A DNA stretch of 64,000 bases from Monocercomonoides exilis PA203 (taxonomy: Eukaryota > Protista > Preaxostyla). The first letter of the stretch is position 1; each line of letters begins with the position of its first letter. The stretch lies in assembly GCA_001643675.2 (NCBI GenBank), contig LSRY02000051.1, forward strand, positions 186,001 to 250,000. Direction: 5' to 3'. The position numbers were made by a program, and so were the translations under genes. Below the pieces are notes generated by a model that was not told where the DNA came from, did no database searches, and worked only from the letters and a program-made list of their open reading frames with translations. Below, in pieces: positions 50,697 to 62,653 of the stretch.

Positions 50697-51926
50697 ATGA
50701 AGTCGATGGACAACCGCATTAATGAAAATAGACTCGAGAGAATGACGCGAATTCAAATTGACAGAAAACCCAGGCTTGTGGATGCAACCAACTTCGGTGA
50801 AAAAACAAAAAAAGCATTCATCCATGCTGTGAAGGCTGTTCAAAGCCACAGAAATATTGCCAAAGAGAAAAGGCTATCAAAACTTCTCAAGGAAAAAAAG
50901 GAAATTGAAACTGACGTGATCGAAATGAAGCACAGTATGAAACAAGCTTGACAGTGATGAAAACAAAAAAATTGGGATGCAAAATATTTTCATTTTCAAA
51001 TTATTTGGTTCTATTTTGATTGAAAATGCGTTGAAATTGAAGAATCAGAGATTATTGAAGATGCTTCACCAAAAAAAAATTCAAAATTTGCGGCTTATTC
51101 CTTCTTGCGAAATCAACTCGAATTGAAATTGCAAAAGCCAAAATTTTTGGATTCAAAACGTCATGCAGCATCTTGTCAGGACGTTTTGAAACCAAGGGAT
51201 GAAATATTTGATGGTTTTCATTCAAAACACATATACCAAAGTGAACTGATCTTTAATGTGGATGAAACATCACCAAGATTATCTGATAATTGCCAAAAAC
51301 TTGTAGCGAAATCCTTGGAGTCTCCTTCGGCCTATTGCCTCGTTCCTTCGAGGGTGCGAAACGCGACGCTTGTAGCTGCTGTTGCCTCGGATGGCTTTTC
51401 TTTACCCACAATTGTGCTTTGGCCAAGTTCCAATGTTCCGGAAGAGTTAACTCCTCTCCAGTCTCCTTCGCTTGATGTGTGGAGCAATACAAACGGTTGG
51501 ATGAACTTTTCTTTATTCGAACGATACTCTTTACGCATTCTGCTTCAAGAAAGATTGAAAATGAAGAAAAGAAAGAAATAATGAGAAAAAAGATTTATGA
51601 AATTCATTGATTCGCCCAGCTCTTGTCAAAACCCTATTATTTGGAGAAATTTTTTGGAATCGAACGTGGATGTCATTCATTTGTTCCTCACACAACACAT
51701 ATTTCGCAACCTCTCGATAGAGGTGTTATTGCTGTTCCAATATCTGTTATAAGTTCATCAATAGAAATTCCACAATCTTCAACTGCTTCATTTAACAGAG
51801 AGGCTTTAGCAGACATCCTTCCTCAAGCTCTTCACTCTGCATTCGCACCATCAGTTACAAAGAATGCATTTGATGCAAGTGGTGTTTTTTTTGAATCGTC
51901 AGAATCACTTTTAACGAAAATTGCCC
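50697..51926 (+). mobile_element. Decayed pogo-type (DDE_1) transposase, 5' portion
   Basis: IFNVDET, ATLVAAVASDG..LP, WSNTNGWMN..LF..Y, FIDS and FVPHTTHISQPLDRGV spread over three frameshifted ORFs. Confidence 0.85.
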
Positions 51927-52397
51927 GGCATAGGTACATCTGTGCTTCTTTTGCATTTTGCTCTGTTAGGAATAAACTTTATGATGAAATAATAGATAAA
52001 AATAATTTAAAACTTTTGGGTGGACGAATTTTTTGAAATTGTTTTTTCTTGTTGAAAGAAATCAATTTTGAAAAATCACTTATTAATATTGCTATTTTTT
52101 ATTAGAATTAATATATAAAAATAATTTCCAATTAATTAATATATATAATGCTTTTAATTGTTATATTAACCTTTTGTATCAAAGAATTTCGGAGAAATAA
52201 AACATTTCAAAAAATTAAAATTTAAATAATCAAAATTTGATCAATCCCACAATTAATTTTTTGATCTCCAAAGAATAAGAATAGGCTTTTTTTTCATGAT
52301 TCAAAGGGCGCACACTTTCCAATATATTTCAATTTGAATATATAAACATAATATTATTGTATGCACTGATTGTTATTTTAAATATTTTTATATTATT
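51927..52397 (+). repeat. Left terminal inverted repeat (~470 bp)
   Basis: 51927-52092 is the exact reverse complement of 56329-56494. Diverged similarity continues inward; the inner boundary is approximate. Confidence 0.88.
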
Positions 52398-52599
52398 GAC
52401 AAAATTAAATATTCAGAATTTGATATTGATAGTTATGCAACGCCACACAACATGAGTCCAATATTTGTGGATATAGTTGAAAATGTATTTGAAATGAAGA
52501 TAAGGATCTGATATTTATTTTCTTTTTTTATATTTTGGAGAAAACATTAACTTTAAACATTAAAAATCATATTTTTTCTTCTTTATCAATTTGGTATGT

Positions 52600-55485
52600 C
52601 GAAGACAAGGCAGTGTCAAGTGAAAAAGGAGGAGCAATATTCTTCACATTGGGTGCATCTGGATCAATGAAGATGATTGACTCAACTATCAGCCATTGCA
52701 GCTGCAACAACAGCACTGGAAGAGGAGGAGGAGTGTATCTGGCAACAAAGGAAAGAGGAGAATTGGATTTCTTATTTGTAGGAATGAAGTTCAGTGTTAA
52801 CGCAGCAAAAGCGGGGAATGATATTTTTATTGAATGTTTCAACATCACATTTCTGATCAATGAAAGGCAATTTCAGTTTGATTTTAGAGAGAAACCAAAC
52901 GTCGGGTATGTGAATGGTGGAAATGGAGGAACGGACTATCCGAGCTGCGGGCATTCTAACTTTCCATGTTTTTCATTGACAAACACAGGAGCAGCGGTGT
53001 TTGGGGCCAGAGAACCAGCAGCATTGTGGCTGATGAGCACTTCACGATTTACAAAGAAATGACACTTGATGCGCAGCCAATGGTTGTTGGTGGAGAAGTC
53101 GAAATGGAACGAGTTGTGGTGAGAGAAGAAGTGAACGGAGAAGAAGCAGAAGTGGGAGGAGGAGTGAAAGAATGCTTTGTCGAGACGAAGGAGATAATCA
53201 CATTCCACTCTCTGATGTTTTGTACTTGGTCGTTTGAGGGATCAACCCGAACATGCTGGTTCATGTATATCGATGAAGTTCTGAGATTTGAAGGATACTG
53301 GTTTATCACAGAGGCAGGAGCATTATATTTGAATGTGGAATGTCTGAAGGGGAAAGGAGGAAAGATGGTGCTTGTGAAGTGTGGATTTGAAAAAGTGGCA
53401 ACGAGGGGATGTGGTGTAATTGTTGCTGATGGGTGCGAAATGGAAGTGGAACTTGAGGGTGTGACGATACGAAACAAGAGGAGAGAAGACGAAGGGAGTG
53501 TGTTGGAGCTGAGAAGAGGAAAGGCTGTGAATATTAGAAATGCAACAATGAAGAAGACGAATTTTGGGAATGGGAACGAGATTGGTGTCTTGGAGGAAAT
53601 GGGGTTGGAGATGAGGAACAGCACATTGTATGAGGTGAGAAGATACGAAGGGAATGGAGGAATGATGAGTGGGAAAGTGGGGAGTGGGAGAGCGTGGGAG
53701 ATTGAGGACTGTGTGTTTGAGAGGTGTGAGTGCGAAGCAGATTACACATTGGGAGGAGGGATAATGGTGAGTGTGTGGGATGGGGGGAAGTTTGTGTTTG
53801 AGCACAACAAAGTGGACAGATGTGAGGCGCCGTCTGACAGCGGAAAGTTAGGAGGTGTGCATGTAATGTTTGAAACAGCAAAGATAAAGTGTTCGATGAA
53901 GATGAACGAATTCACAAACAATGATGCAGAAAAGTGGAAATACGTGTTTTTGGTATGCGACTCGACGTGGCTTGTGATTCTTCCAGCACTGTGGTATGGA
54001 TCAGCAACGAACGAAACAGTGCAGAAGAAGATGTGGGTGGCGGAGCTGACAGAAGCAGGAAAGGAAGACTTGATCATCAATTATCTGTTTCCAAGATTGG
54101 GATCAAATTTGTTTGTGAGCAATGCTGGAAACGGATTATCAAGTTGTGGAGCGAAAGAAAATTCTTGCTTATCTGTTGATATTGGATTTGATCGGTTGAA
54201 GGATGAGACAGAGAGGATTATGCTTGTTGGTGTTGCTTCAGTGAGCAAGACGATCAACAGAGGTGGGAAAGGACTGACAATCAAAGGGAATGAAGAAACG
54301 AGAGAACTGGTTGTTGAAGAGGGAGGGAAATTTGAATGGACAGAAGGAGATGGACAAACACATTTGACTTTGTCACTTCTTCAGATTTCACTTCCATGCT
54401 CCTCCTCTGCAAGTGCAAGTGGTGATGAATCGATTGTGGAAGTGAGGATTGGTGAATGCTTCATTTTGGATTGTTTGTTTTCAAAAGGAGGTGTGAATTC
54501 AAATGTGAATGAATGTTGGAAGTGGATTGTGATTGGGAATGGAGGAGTTATTCGAATCGAGAGAACAGAAATGAATGGGATAAGATTTGAAGGATGTGGA
54601 ATTGCAAGATTTGGAGGAGGGAATGTGATATTTGTGAACTGTTCATTGGATGGGATTGAAACCAGTGGAGGAGGAGTGATTGTGGGGAATGGTGGATCGG
54701 AAGTGACATTGAGGAACATGACAGCATTGGGGGGTGTTGTGGGAGCAGGATCGCTGATAACATCGAATGGAGGATCGAATTTGAGAATTGATGGAGAAAG
54801 CAGATTTGAGGATATTGAGACAGAAAGTGTGAGTGGAGGGTGTGTGAAGAGCGAGATGAAGCTGTATGATTTGCTTGAAATTGGATCATCATCCATATTA
54901 ACATGCTCAGTGAATGGAAATGAAGGAAGAGGGGGAGGAATATATCTGGATTTGAGCGATAATTGCGTGAATAACTTTGCGTTGACAACATTGTTCTTCA
55001 AAGACAATGTTGCTGCCTATGGAAGGGATTTGTTCATTTCTTGCAAGAAACTGAATGAAACAGTGATGAAGGAAAGGTTTGTATTTGAATACAAATTTGA
55101 AAATGGAGAAGGAGAAGGGATGGCAGTTGATATGAAAGGGATTGACAGAGACTATTTTGTGGAGAGTGTTGATCTTGAGCTGTTTCTCGTTGAAATGAAG
55201 GGAATAGGGGTGTTTGTGTCGAGGGAGTGGCATGACACATTGGGATGTGGGAGCGATGAATATCCATGTGAATCGATGTGGAGTGGAATAAGTCACATCG
55301 ACATGAATGAAGGCGAAGAAGAGAGGAAAGAAAAGGCTAAAGATGAAGGGATAATTGAAGATTCTTATTCATTTTTGAAAACGCTTATGATTGATGGGCG
55401 TATGATTGATGGAGATGAAACCAAACTCAAGCCAATTCATTTTGAAGTGACAATCAATGAGAAATTTCACATTATGCTTTTTTAA
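52600..55485 (+). pseudogene. Internal fragment(s) of a GG-motif beta-helix surface-protein gene carried inside the TIR element
   Basis: Same motifs as 9669-18833 (EKGGAI, GRGGGVY, CG....PC.S, A.YGRDLFI.C). No signal peptide or TM, frameshift near 52970-53060, abrupt ends into AT-rich sequence. Confidence 0.8.
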
Positions 55486-56021
55486 TTAAGAGAGTTTCAA
55501 AAAAACATCAAACAATTCAAAAACACTCAGTCAAAAAATATAATATTATTGCAATGCATTGCTCTCATGGAAATGATTTTCAATTAATAGTTCTTCTTTT
55601 TGAAATTAATATAACAAATTAATTTTGGAAATGAAATTCTTTTGAAAAATTGAATGAATAAAAAAAGGCACTCAAAATAATAAAAGGAAAAACAATTACA
55701 AAATTTATATTTTTTCTTCTTCATAAACTTTTTCATCTTCTCAGCTGTGTAATTATTCTGAGGGTGTATGCAAAATGAGCAGAAGAATGTTGTTCCTCCT
55801 TTCTCTTTTTGTTCAACTTCTGCATTTAATCTTGATTAAGAAAAATCACAAAATTTAAATGATATCGTTTTAACAAATTTCAATTAGAAAAATGAACAAA
55901 ACCTTATAATTCATCTTTGATAAAATTTTATAAGCGTCAATACTTTTCACAATCAAATTCACTTAACTGATATCCTCATATTGCTAGATTAATCGCTTCA
56001 TCTTCAAACAATCAAAATTCA

Positions 56022-56494
56022 TTAATAATAGAAGAATATTTTAAATAACAATCATTGCATACAATAATAAAATATTTCTATATTCAAATTGTTATACATT
56101 GGAAAGTGTTCACCCCACACATTACAAAAAAAAGCTAATCCTAAATCTTTGGCAATTTATAATTTAATTGTGGGATTGATCAAAAATTATTAATTAAAAT
56201 ATTTATTTTTCTAAAATGTTTTATTTCTCAGAAATTCTTTGATACAAAAGGTAAATATAACAATTAAAAGCATTGCATGTATTTGTTAATAAGTAATTAT
56301 CCTTATATATTAATTTTTATTAAAAATTGCAATATTAATAAGTGATTTTTCAAAATTGATTTCTTTCAACAAGAAAAAACAATTTCAAAAAATTCGTCCA
56401 CCCAAAAGTTTTAAATTATTTTTATCTATTATTTCATCATAAAGTTTATTCCTAACAGAGCAAAATGCAAAAGAAGCACAGATGTACCTATGCC
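56022..56494 (-). repeat. Right terminal inverted repeat (~470 bp)
   Basis: Reverse complement of the left TIR; inner boundary approximate. Confidence 0.88.
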
Positions 56495-56502
56495 AATTGC
56501 CC

Positions 56503-57024
56503 AAATACTCTTCATTTCCTTTGCCCACTTATACAAATAGTTTTGATTTTTACGGAAAATTGCTCACAAATGAGGATTGCTTTGAAAAAAAAGTGGGAAG
56601 AAGATATATGTCAGAATTTTTTTGAAAAGTTCCATTTGTTTTATTTTCAAAAAATTAAAAATTTCATATTTCTATCAAATTTCTGTTCCCAATCATGAAA
56701 ATTCACAAAAATGGAAATAATAACATTGACAAGATTTTATTTTCATAACAGCGAAATTTAGTGAGTGGGAACAGAAATTTGATAGAAATATGAAATTTTT
56801 AATTTTTTGAAAACTTAACAAATGGAACTTTTCAAAAAAATTTTGACATATTTATTCGAACAAGTGCGAAATGTTCCGAAGCCGAAGAAGAAACAGAAAA
56901 CATTGAAGATACTCTTCCATTAAAGTCAAAGTTGAAAAGAGTTTATCGAAGAATTCCACATAACGACATGGAAAATTTCGAAGAAGAAAATTTTGCAGAT
57001 CAAAGTGAGGAAAAAATTAGATGA
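56503..57024 (+). mobile_element. Probable 3' continuation of the pogo transposase remnant
   Basis: After the TSD the sequence reads KLPKYSSFPLP..FDFYGKLLTNED. After removing the MITE it reads KWEEDIFIRTSAKCSEAEEE..EEKIR*. Confidence 0.55.
56609..56848. mobile_element. 240-bp MITE with 83-bp TIRs and TA target duplication
   Basis: 56609-56691 (TGTCAGAATTTT...TGTTCCCA) pairs with 56766-56848 with few mismatches. TA on both sides. Confidence 0.85.
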
Positions 57025-58250
57025 TAAATAGACCTTTGTTTTGTTTGTTTTTGCTAGTTGATTCCGTATTTTTTGTCTCTTTTTCACTTCCAAAATTTGG
57101 TGCCTATTAAAAAAAATTGTGTATTTAAAAACGCCAACCTTATTGTTACTCTGTATCTTTTTGTGGTCAACAAACATGAAAATATTCATTTATTAAAAAA
57201 AAAATGAATACAATTATAATTTATTCAAAAAAAAAAATTCAAAAATGTGTGAAATACATGTGATTCACTAGTTTTCATATCATCAAAATGAATTTTTCAG
57301 CAAATAGAAATGATGAAAGAAAAATTTGTTTGTTTTTTTGAGAGAATTGAATTGTGATTGACAAATAATTAATTTCAACAATATTCATACTTACACCTAT
57401 TTATTTGCTAAATAATCATGAATGATTATTTTCTTTATCATAACTTTTTTCGGTATGTTAATTATTATATTGTTTTTTCATCCATGATTCGTAAATTATC
57501 AGTCGAATATTTCTTGAATTTTATTTCTGCAAAAAACAATCTTTGAGACAAGTTCAAAAAAAACTCTCGAATAATAAAGTTTTTAATTTTCAGCGTATTA
57601 TTTTGTATATTCAAGGAAAATATTTATACACAAGATTTTGACAGAAAATAAATAACATATAGACATTCACTCATATATCTTATTAATTGAATTGTGAATG
57701 AATAAAATGATCCAAGAGAATTCATAGAAATATTTCAATAATTTCAAAGAAAATGATTATTTTCAAAAAAAGCAAACACAATCATGTTTAGAAAATATAT
57801 AACACCAGAGAAGGTTCAATTTTTCAACTTTTTACACAAAAAAGACTATGTATTGAGTTATGAGCACTTATTGACACTCAACAAATGACAAGTTTGTCTT
57901 TGTTATAATATTATTAGAAAACTCTTTTCTAATGCAAAATTGTCACAAATGGTTCATAAAGTGATTCTTTCCGTTTTTTTTTTGCATAAAAAAAAATGCT
58001 CTCGTAATATGCTTTTGCCTTAAAAAATAAGAACAAAATTGTATCTTAATTTCTGATTTTATTATTTCCAAAAACACAATTGAATTTAATAGACAACACA
58101 TGCATTCGGATTGGTGTATCTAATTATTTTCCTAATTATTGAATAACAATTGAAATCAAGTTCGTGGAAAATAAATAATACATTATTTTTTACTTATCTT
58201 GACAATTTAGTTATTTTTTTGTGATTAAAGTTGATTTATCAATTTGTTAT

Positions 58251-58252
<2 letters not shown>

Positions 58253-58294
<42 letters not shown>
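58253..58294 (+). repeat. Poly(T)42 tract
   Basis: Read directly. Confidence 0.9.
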
Positions 58295-58295
<1 letters not shown>

Positions 58296-59207
58296 ATAAA
58301 CATTTTTTGAATTTTTTTTGTGATCAAACAACAAAAGAAAAATCAAAAATTGATGAACCAATTGAAAATAATCATTGTGAACCCCACTTAAACTATATTA
58401 ATAATAAAGATCAGGAAAAACACAAATCATAGAACATGAAAATGCAATAAATAATTAAACATCTATTTTTTAAAAAAACGTGGAAAATTATTTGAATCGA
58501 AGAAAATTTTAACAATTTGTTCCAAAAATTTTCTTAAATCGAGTCATTGTTCCCCTGACACTCTTGTGCGTAACGATAAAGAAAAAAATAAAAATTTGAG
58601 AAAATAATAAAGAAATAATTAAGTGGAACAAAACTCACTAAGTGAAAAAATATACTCCCAAATTAAAAAAAAAGTTCCGTAAGGAATGAAATATCCATTT
58701 TTCAAAATAAAAATATCTATTATTTTTTCAATAAATGCTTTTAAACACAAAAAAATATGCCCGCTAATAAAAAAATTCAGGTTCAATTAATAGCAAACAT
58801 CATCATTAAAAATTTCTCTAAAATTTGAATAGAAACTTATTGAGAGATATTTTTAAAAAACTTCCAATAAAAAATTCTCATATGTTGATTATTTTTATAG
58901 AAAACGAATAGGCTTTATTGAAAAACAATTAATAAATGATTCTGAAAATTTTCATATATAAATTTGCTCATTAGAAACATAAAAAAAACATAAGCCTTGT
59001 TTTCACAAATATTAAATCTTTTTATTCAAAAAATTGAGTTTAAAATATGATATTTCAAAAGGCCTTAAGATTAAAGATGAAAACATTAACAATATTACAT
59101 GATGAGTTTTCAAATTGTTTATTAAAAATTAATGGTCATGATCGTTATATTCCCCTATTGTCAAATTTAAATTCAAACCTGCTTTCGGTCATATTTAGGG
59201 TTCTAAA

Positions 59208-60838
59208 ATGGCTCGAACTCGATCAGCACTTAGCGATATAACCAATCAAGAGAATAGGATTGATAGAGGAAAGGAAGAACTTTTCGTATGTCAAATAAAT
59301 TCATCTATTTTTTTAAAAATTTATAAAATTTATCCTTTTCATTATTGAATAAATTTTTTCACATCAATGTCTGTTAGAAGCAAAATCAAAGTTATCAGCA
59401 ACTCACAACATCACTATTGATAAAATCATCAGATAAAAAAGGAAAAGAATTTTTAAAAGAAGGGACAACTTCACATCATTCCAGTCCAGGTCAAAGCTTT
59501 GAAAAGGATTTCCAACTTCATTCAAAACACAGTAGCGAGCTACCAGTTCTGGTATTTGTGGTTCAGCCTGGAGATGATTGGATAGACATAGATAAAGATG
59601 ATAAGGAAAATATATATTTTTGTTCTGAATATGTAGAAGATATTTTTAAGTACTACAAACAACTTGAGGTTTGAATACATTTATATTCATTGCATTTTTC
59701 AACGAATAATTTGAAAATACTTTTCATATTTTTGAATTATTTAACAAAAATATTTTTGAAAACTTCATCATTTCAATAAATGATTATTAAAAACCATTTT
59801 AAACACTCAAAATAGATCCAGCACCGACCTACTCATAATTATCTTCAAGCCCAATCATTCATCACAGAACGACATCGAAGATGCTGCATAGACTTCATTG
59901 TTCATCTTCATCAACACCTTTCTGACACTATCAGATCATCACTTCAATTAGACACTCTTTTTCTTGCTGTTTCACTTTTTGATCGATTTTTGTGTAAAAG
60001 GAATGTCGCACAAGAAAAGCTGCCTCTTCTTTGCGTTGGATGCTTGTTTGTTGCATGCAAATTCGAAGAGACCTGCTATCCATCACTTGATCAAATGATC
60101 CGAGCAGTTCCAAGCATTGGAAGCAGTAATGATGTATTAAGAATTGAAAGGATAATATTAAGTGAATTAAGATATTCTCTGGGAGTTCCGACTGCGGTTA
60201 CTTTCTTGCGTAGGTATGCCAAAGCTGCTCAAACTTCAAGAGAAGAAGGGATGGTTGCCAGATTCATATGCGAATTATCTCTAATGAGCGGTCGTCTTTC
60301 TCTCTGCTGTCTGCCATCTCAAATTGCATCTGCTGCTCTTGGTTTAGCATTGAGCATCATTGGAAAAACACCATGGACTCCAACACTTGTTCATTACACC
60401 GGCGAAGGTGGAAGAGATTCGAAAGATCGGAAAGAACAAAAAGAAGTTTCAAGAACAAAAGAAACGAAAGATTCAAAGGATTTAAAGGAATTCAGTGACA
60501 CTTCACAAGCAAAAGACTTAAGAGAAGAAAGAAAAATTGAAGAAAGCAAATTAGACGATAGCTTTAAAAAGGAACAAACATCTTGGGATACAGAAAATGA
60601 AAAAGAGAAAATAGAAGTCGTAAAGAGAGATCAAAACAGCCTCAGCGAATCTGTAGCAGAATCTATGGAAAAATCATTACACACAGAAAGCACTTTCATT
60701 TCATTTGAAGAGAGAATGTCTTTGATGGCTGCGCTTGTTAGAAAATGCTCAACAATGAAAGATCAAACAATTTTCAAAAAGTACTCTCAGAAAAAGTATC
60801 TTCAAGCTGCAATAATTGCGAACAATTCGTTAAGTTGA
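59208..60838 (+). CDS. B-type (mitotic) cyclin, 3 exons
   Basis: Destruction box RSALSDITN, CSEYVEDIFKYY..LE, DTLFLAVSLFDRF, CLFVACKFEE, FLRRYAKA, PSQIASAA, IFKKYS. Confidence 0.88.
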
Positions 60839-61247
60839 TCATTCCATTCTTTCACTTTGTATGATAATCTTATTCATTCATCATTCAAATCTCATCTTTC
60901 ACTTCATGCATACATCTATGCACATCATTGACTTTGCACTTCATACCATTTCGCATTTCATGGCAGCTATTGTGTGATAAAGTCTGATGATACCGTTTAC
61001 AATACATTTCACTTTGCTTTTTCTTCCAACATCTCACACCAAAAACAGAAAACAAACAAAAAAGAAACAAACGCATTTTTCGTTTATTTACGTTTCATAT
61101 TAAGGTGAAATATGTCAAAGACACAAGAACCATGGATTGAATGATAAAAAACAATCACATTGACAAATCAAAAAAAAAAAATTCGCGAATTTCTCTCCAA
61201 TTTGTCATAAAGCAGGATTAATTTGATTCAAAATGTTTAGCATGAGA

Positions 61248-62416
61248 TTACCACCTTGGAGCGCCATATCCCATTCTGCCGTAGCCATATCCCGAGGGAA
61301 GTTCATATCCACCTGCCCCATATCCCCCATAACCATATCCGCCTTTTCGATAAGAATATCCTCCGCCGGGCATTATCTCTCCTCCTCCTCTTTGATATCC
61401 ATATCCTCCTCTCCCATAGCTATATCCGCCATATGGTTCATAACCCATGCCTGCTGGTCCCTCATTATAAAATTGCACTCTTTGATTCATTGGACTGTAT
61501 CCACCGTATCCGTTATATCCACCATACCCACTGTTGTATCCTCCCTGTGAATATCCTCCATTATATCCTCCATTATATCCTCCGTTATACCCTCCTCCAT
61601 AGCCTCCATTATAGCCCCCATTATATCCACCACTATATCCTCCATTATAACCTCCATTGTAACCTCCATTGTAACCACCACCATATCCGCCTTGCGAATA
61701 ACCACCTTGATTATATCCACCTGCTCCGTATCCACCGAACTGAGTGTACAAAGATGATGCGTTTTTGTTTTCGTCACAGTCATCGCATTTGTCTTTTGAT
61801 TGAGCCTGTGAATTCATTTGCGAATTTTTGTCATCAACATTAACCATAGGGCGCTTTTGTTGTCTATAGTCTTGATGTTGCTGGCTATATCTATCATTTG
61901 ATTGACGAAAATCTCTGAAATTAGAATTATGATAAGCATCTCTTCCCATTCTTCCTGAAAGAGGCTCATCGTCTTTGCTATCAAAGTTCTGCCCCCAGCG
62001 CTGATTTCGTTGCCCGCCATGTTGATTCTGTGTCTCATTTTTATGAGAATTCTGACCAACAATGTCGGTTTTGCACTGTGAAAGGCATTTTCCTCCTTGA
62101 ATAAAACAGTCGATGCCAGAATCCATAACACACTCTTGGTAGCAATCAAACCAATCCCCGATAGTACCATATTCATCGTCTTCACTTTCCAGCATATCTT
62201 TTGCACACATTCTTTTGCACTGATCGGAAGAAACTTCCAAACATTCATGAATCAGCCCCTGAAAATAAAAAATTTGATAATGAAAAAAGGAAATTCAACA
62301 AAATTATCATTTCACACTTTGCAAGATTTATCACATTCAGTTATTTGATAAACACGAGGAGAAGGACGTGGCTGTGCAAAAAATGAAGCAACACAAATTA
62401 ATGGAATTAGAAACAT
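61248..62416 (-). CDS. Secreted protein with Cys-rich N-terminal domain, Q/N-rich linker and GGYN/GGYG repeats (2 exons)
   Basis: ATG 62416 (MFLIPLICVASFFAQPRPSPR, signal-like). Intron 62353-62259 joins in frame to GLIHECLEVSSDQCKRMC. Ends with a Gly/Tyr-rich tail. Confidence 0.8.
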
Positions 62417-62653
62417 TGTATGTTCAAATTAATATAAACAAAATTAACGTGTATAAAATCACGTCAAGCTTTAGACATGATTAAATGTCTTCATATCGAA
62501 TTATCAAATCATTCATTCATTTTAATAATAATATGCTGGTGCAATTGATCAATAATAACAAAAAAACCTCTAATCTTAGAAATAACATTTTAGATAGGAT
62601 ATATTTTCTGTAATGACATTATCAAAATTGTAACCCTATATTTATCTTTTCAA

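Larger units (their letters stand above)
51927..56494. mobile_element. Non-autonomous long-TIR DNA transposon with 8-bp TSD carrying a host gene fragment (Pack-type; Mutator- or Merlin-like ends)
   Basis: Begins GGCATAGGTACATC and ends GATGTACCTATGCC. AATTGCCC is directly repeated at 51919-51926 and 56495-56502. Confidence 0.92.

Noticed and set aside
52430-52510. SYATPHNMSPIFVDIVENVF resembling the Tc1/IS630 SPxLNPIENxW motif
   Set aside because: Weak similarity, no other catalytic motifs, and an 8-bp TSD does not fit Tc1.
50260-57400. Possible TIRs of the pogo element (TAGGGGTGTAG at ~50266 vs CTTACACCTA at ~57390)
   Set aside because: The match is too short and degenerate in AT-rich DNA to define the ends.
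57030-59200. 2-kb AT-rich region with poly(T), considered as a retroposon tail or further transposon
   Set aside because: No TSD, TIR or ORF could be identified.
61490-61730. Regular 12-bp repeats considered as a CRISPR-like or telomeric array
   Set aside because: No spacers; they are the codons of the GGYN protein repeat.
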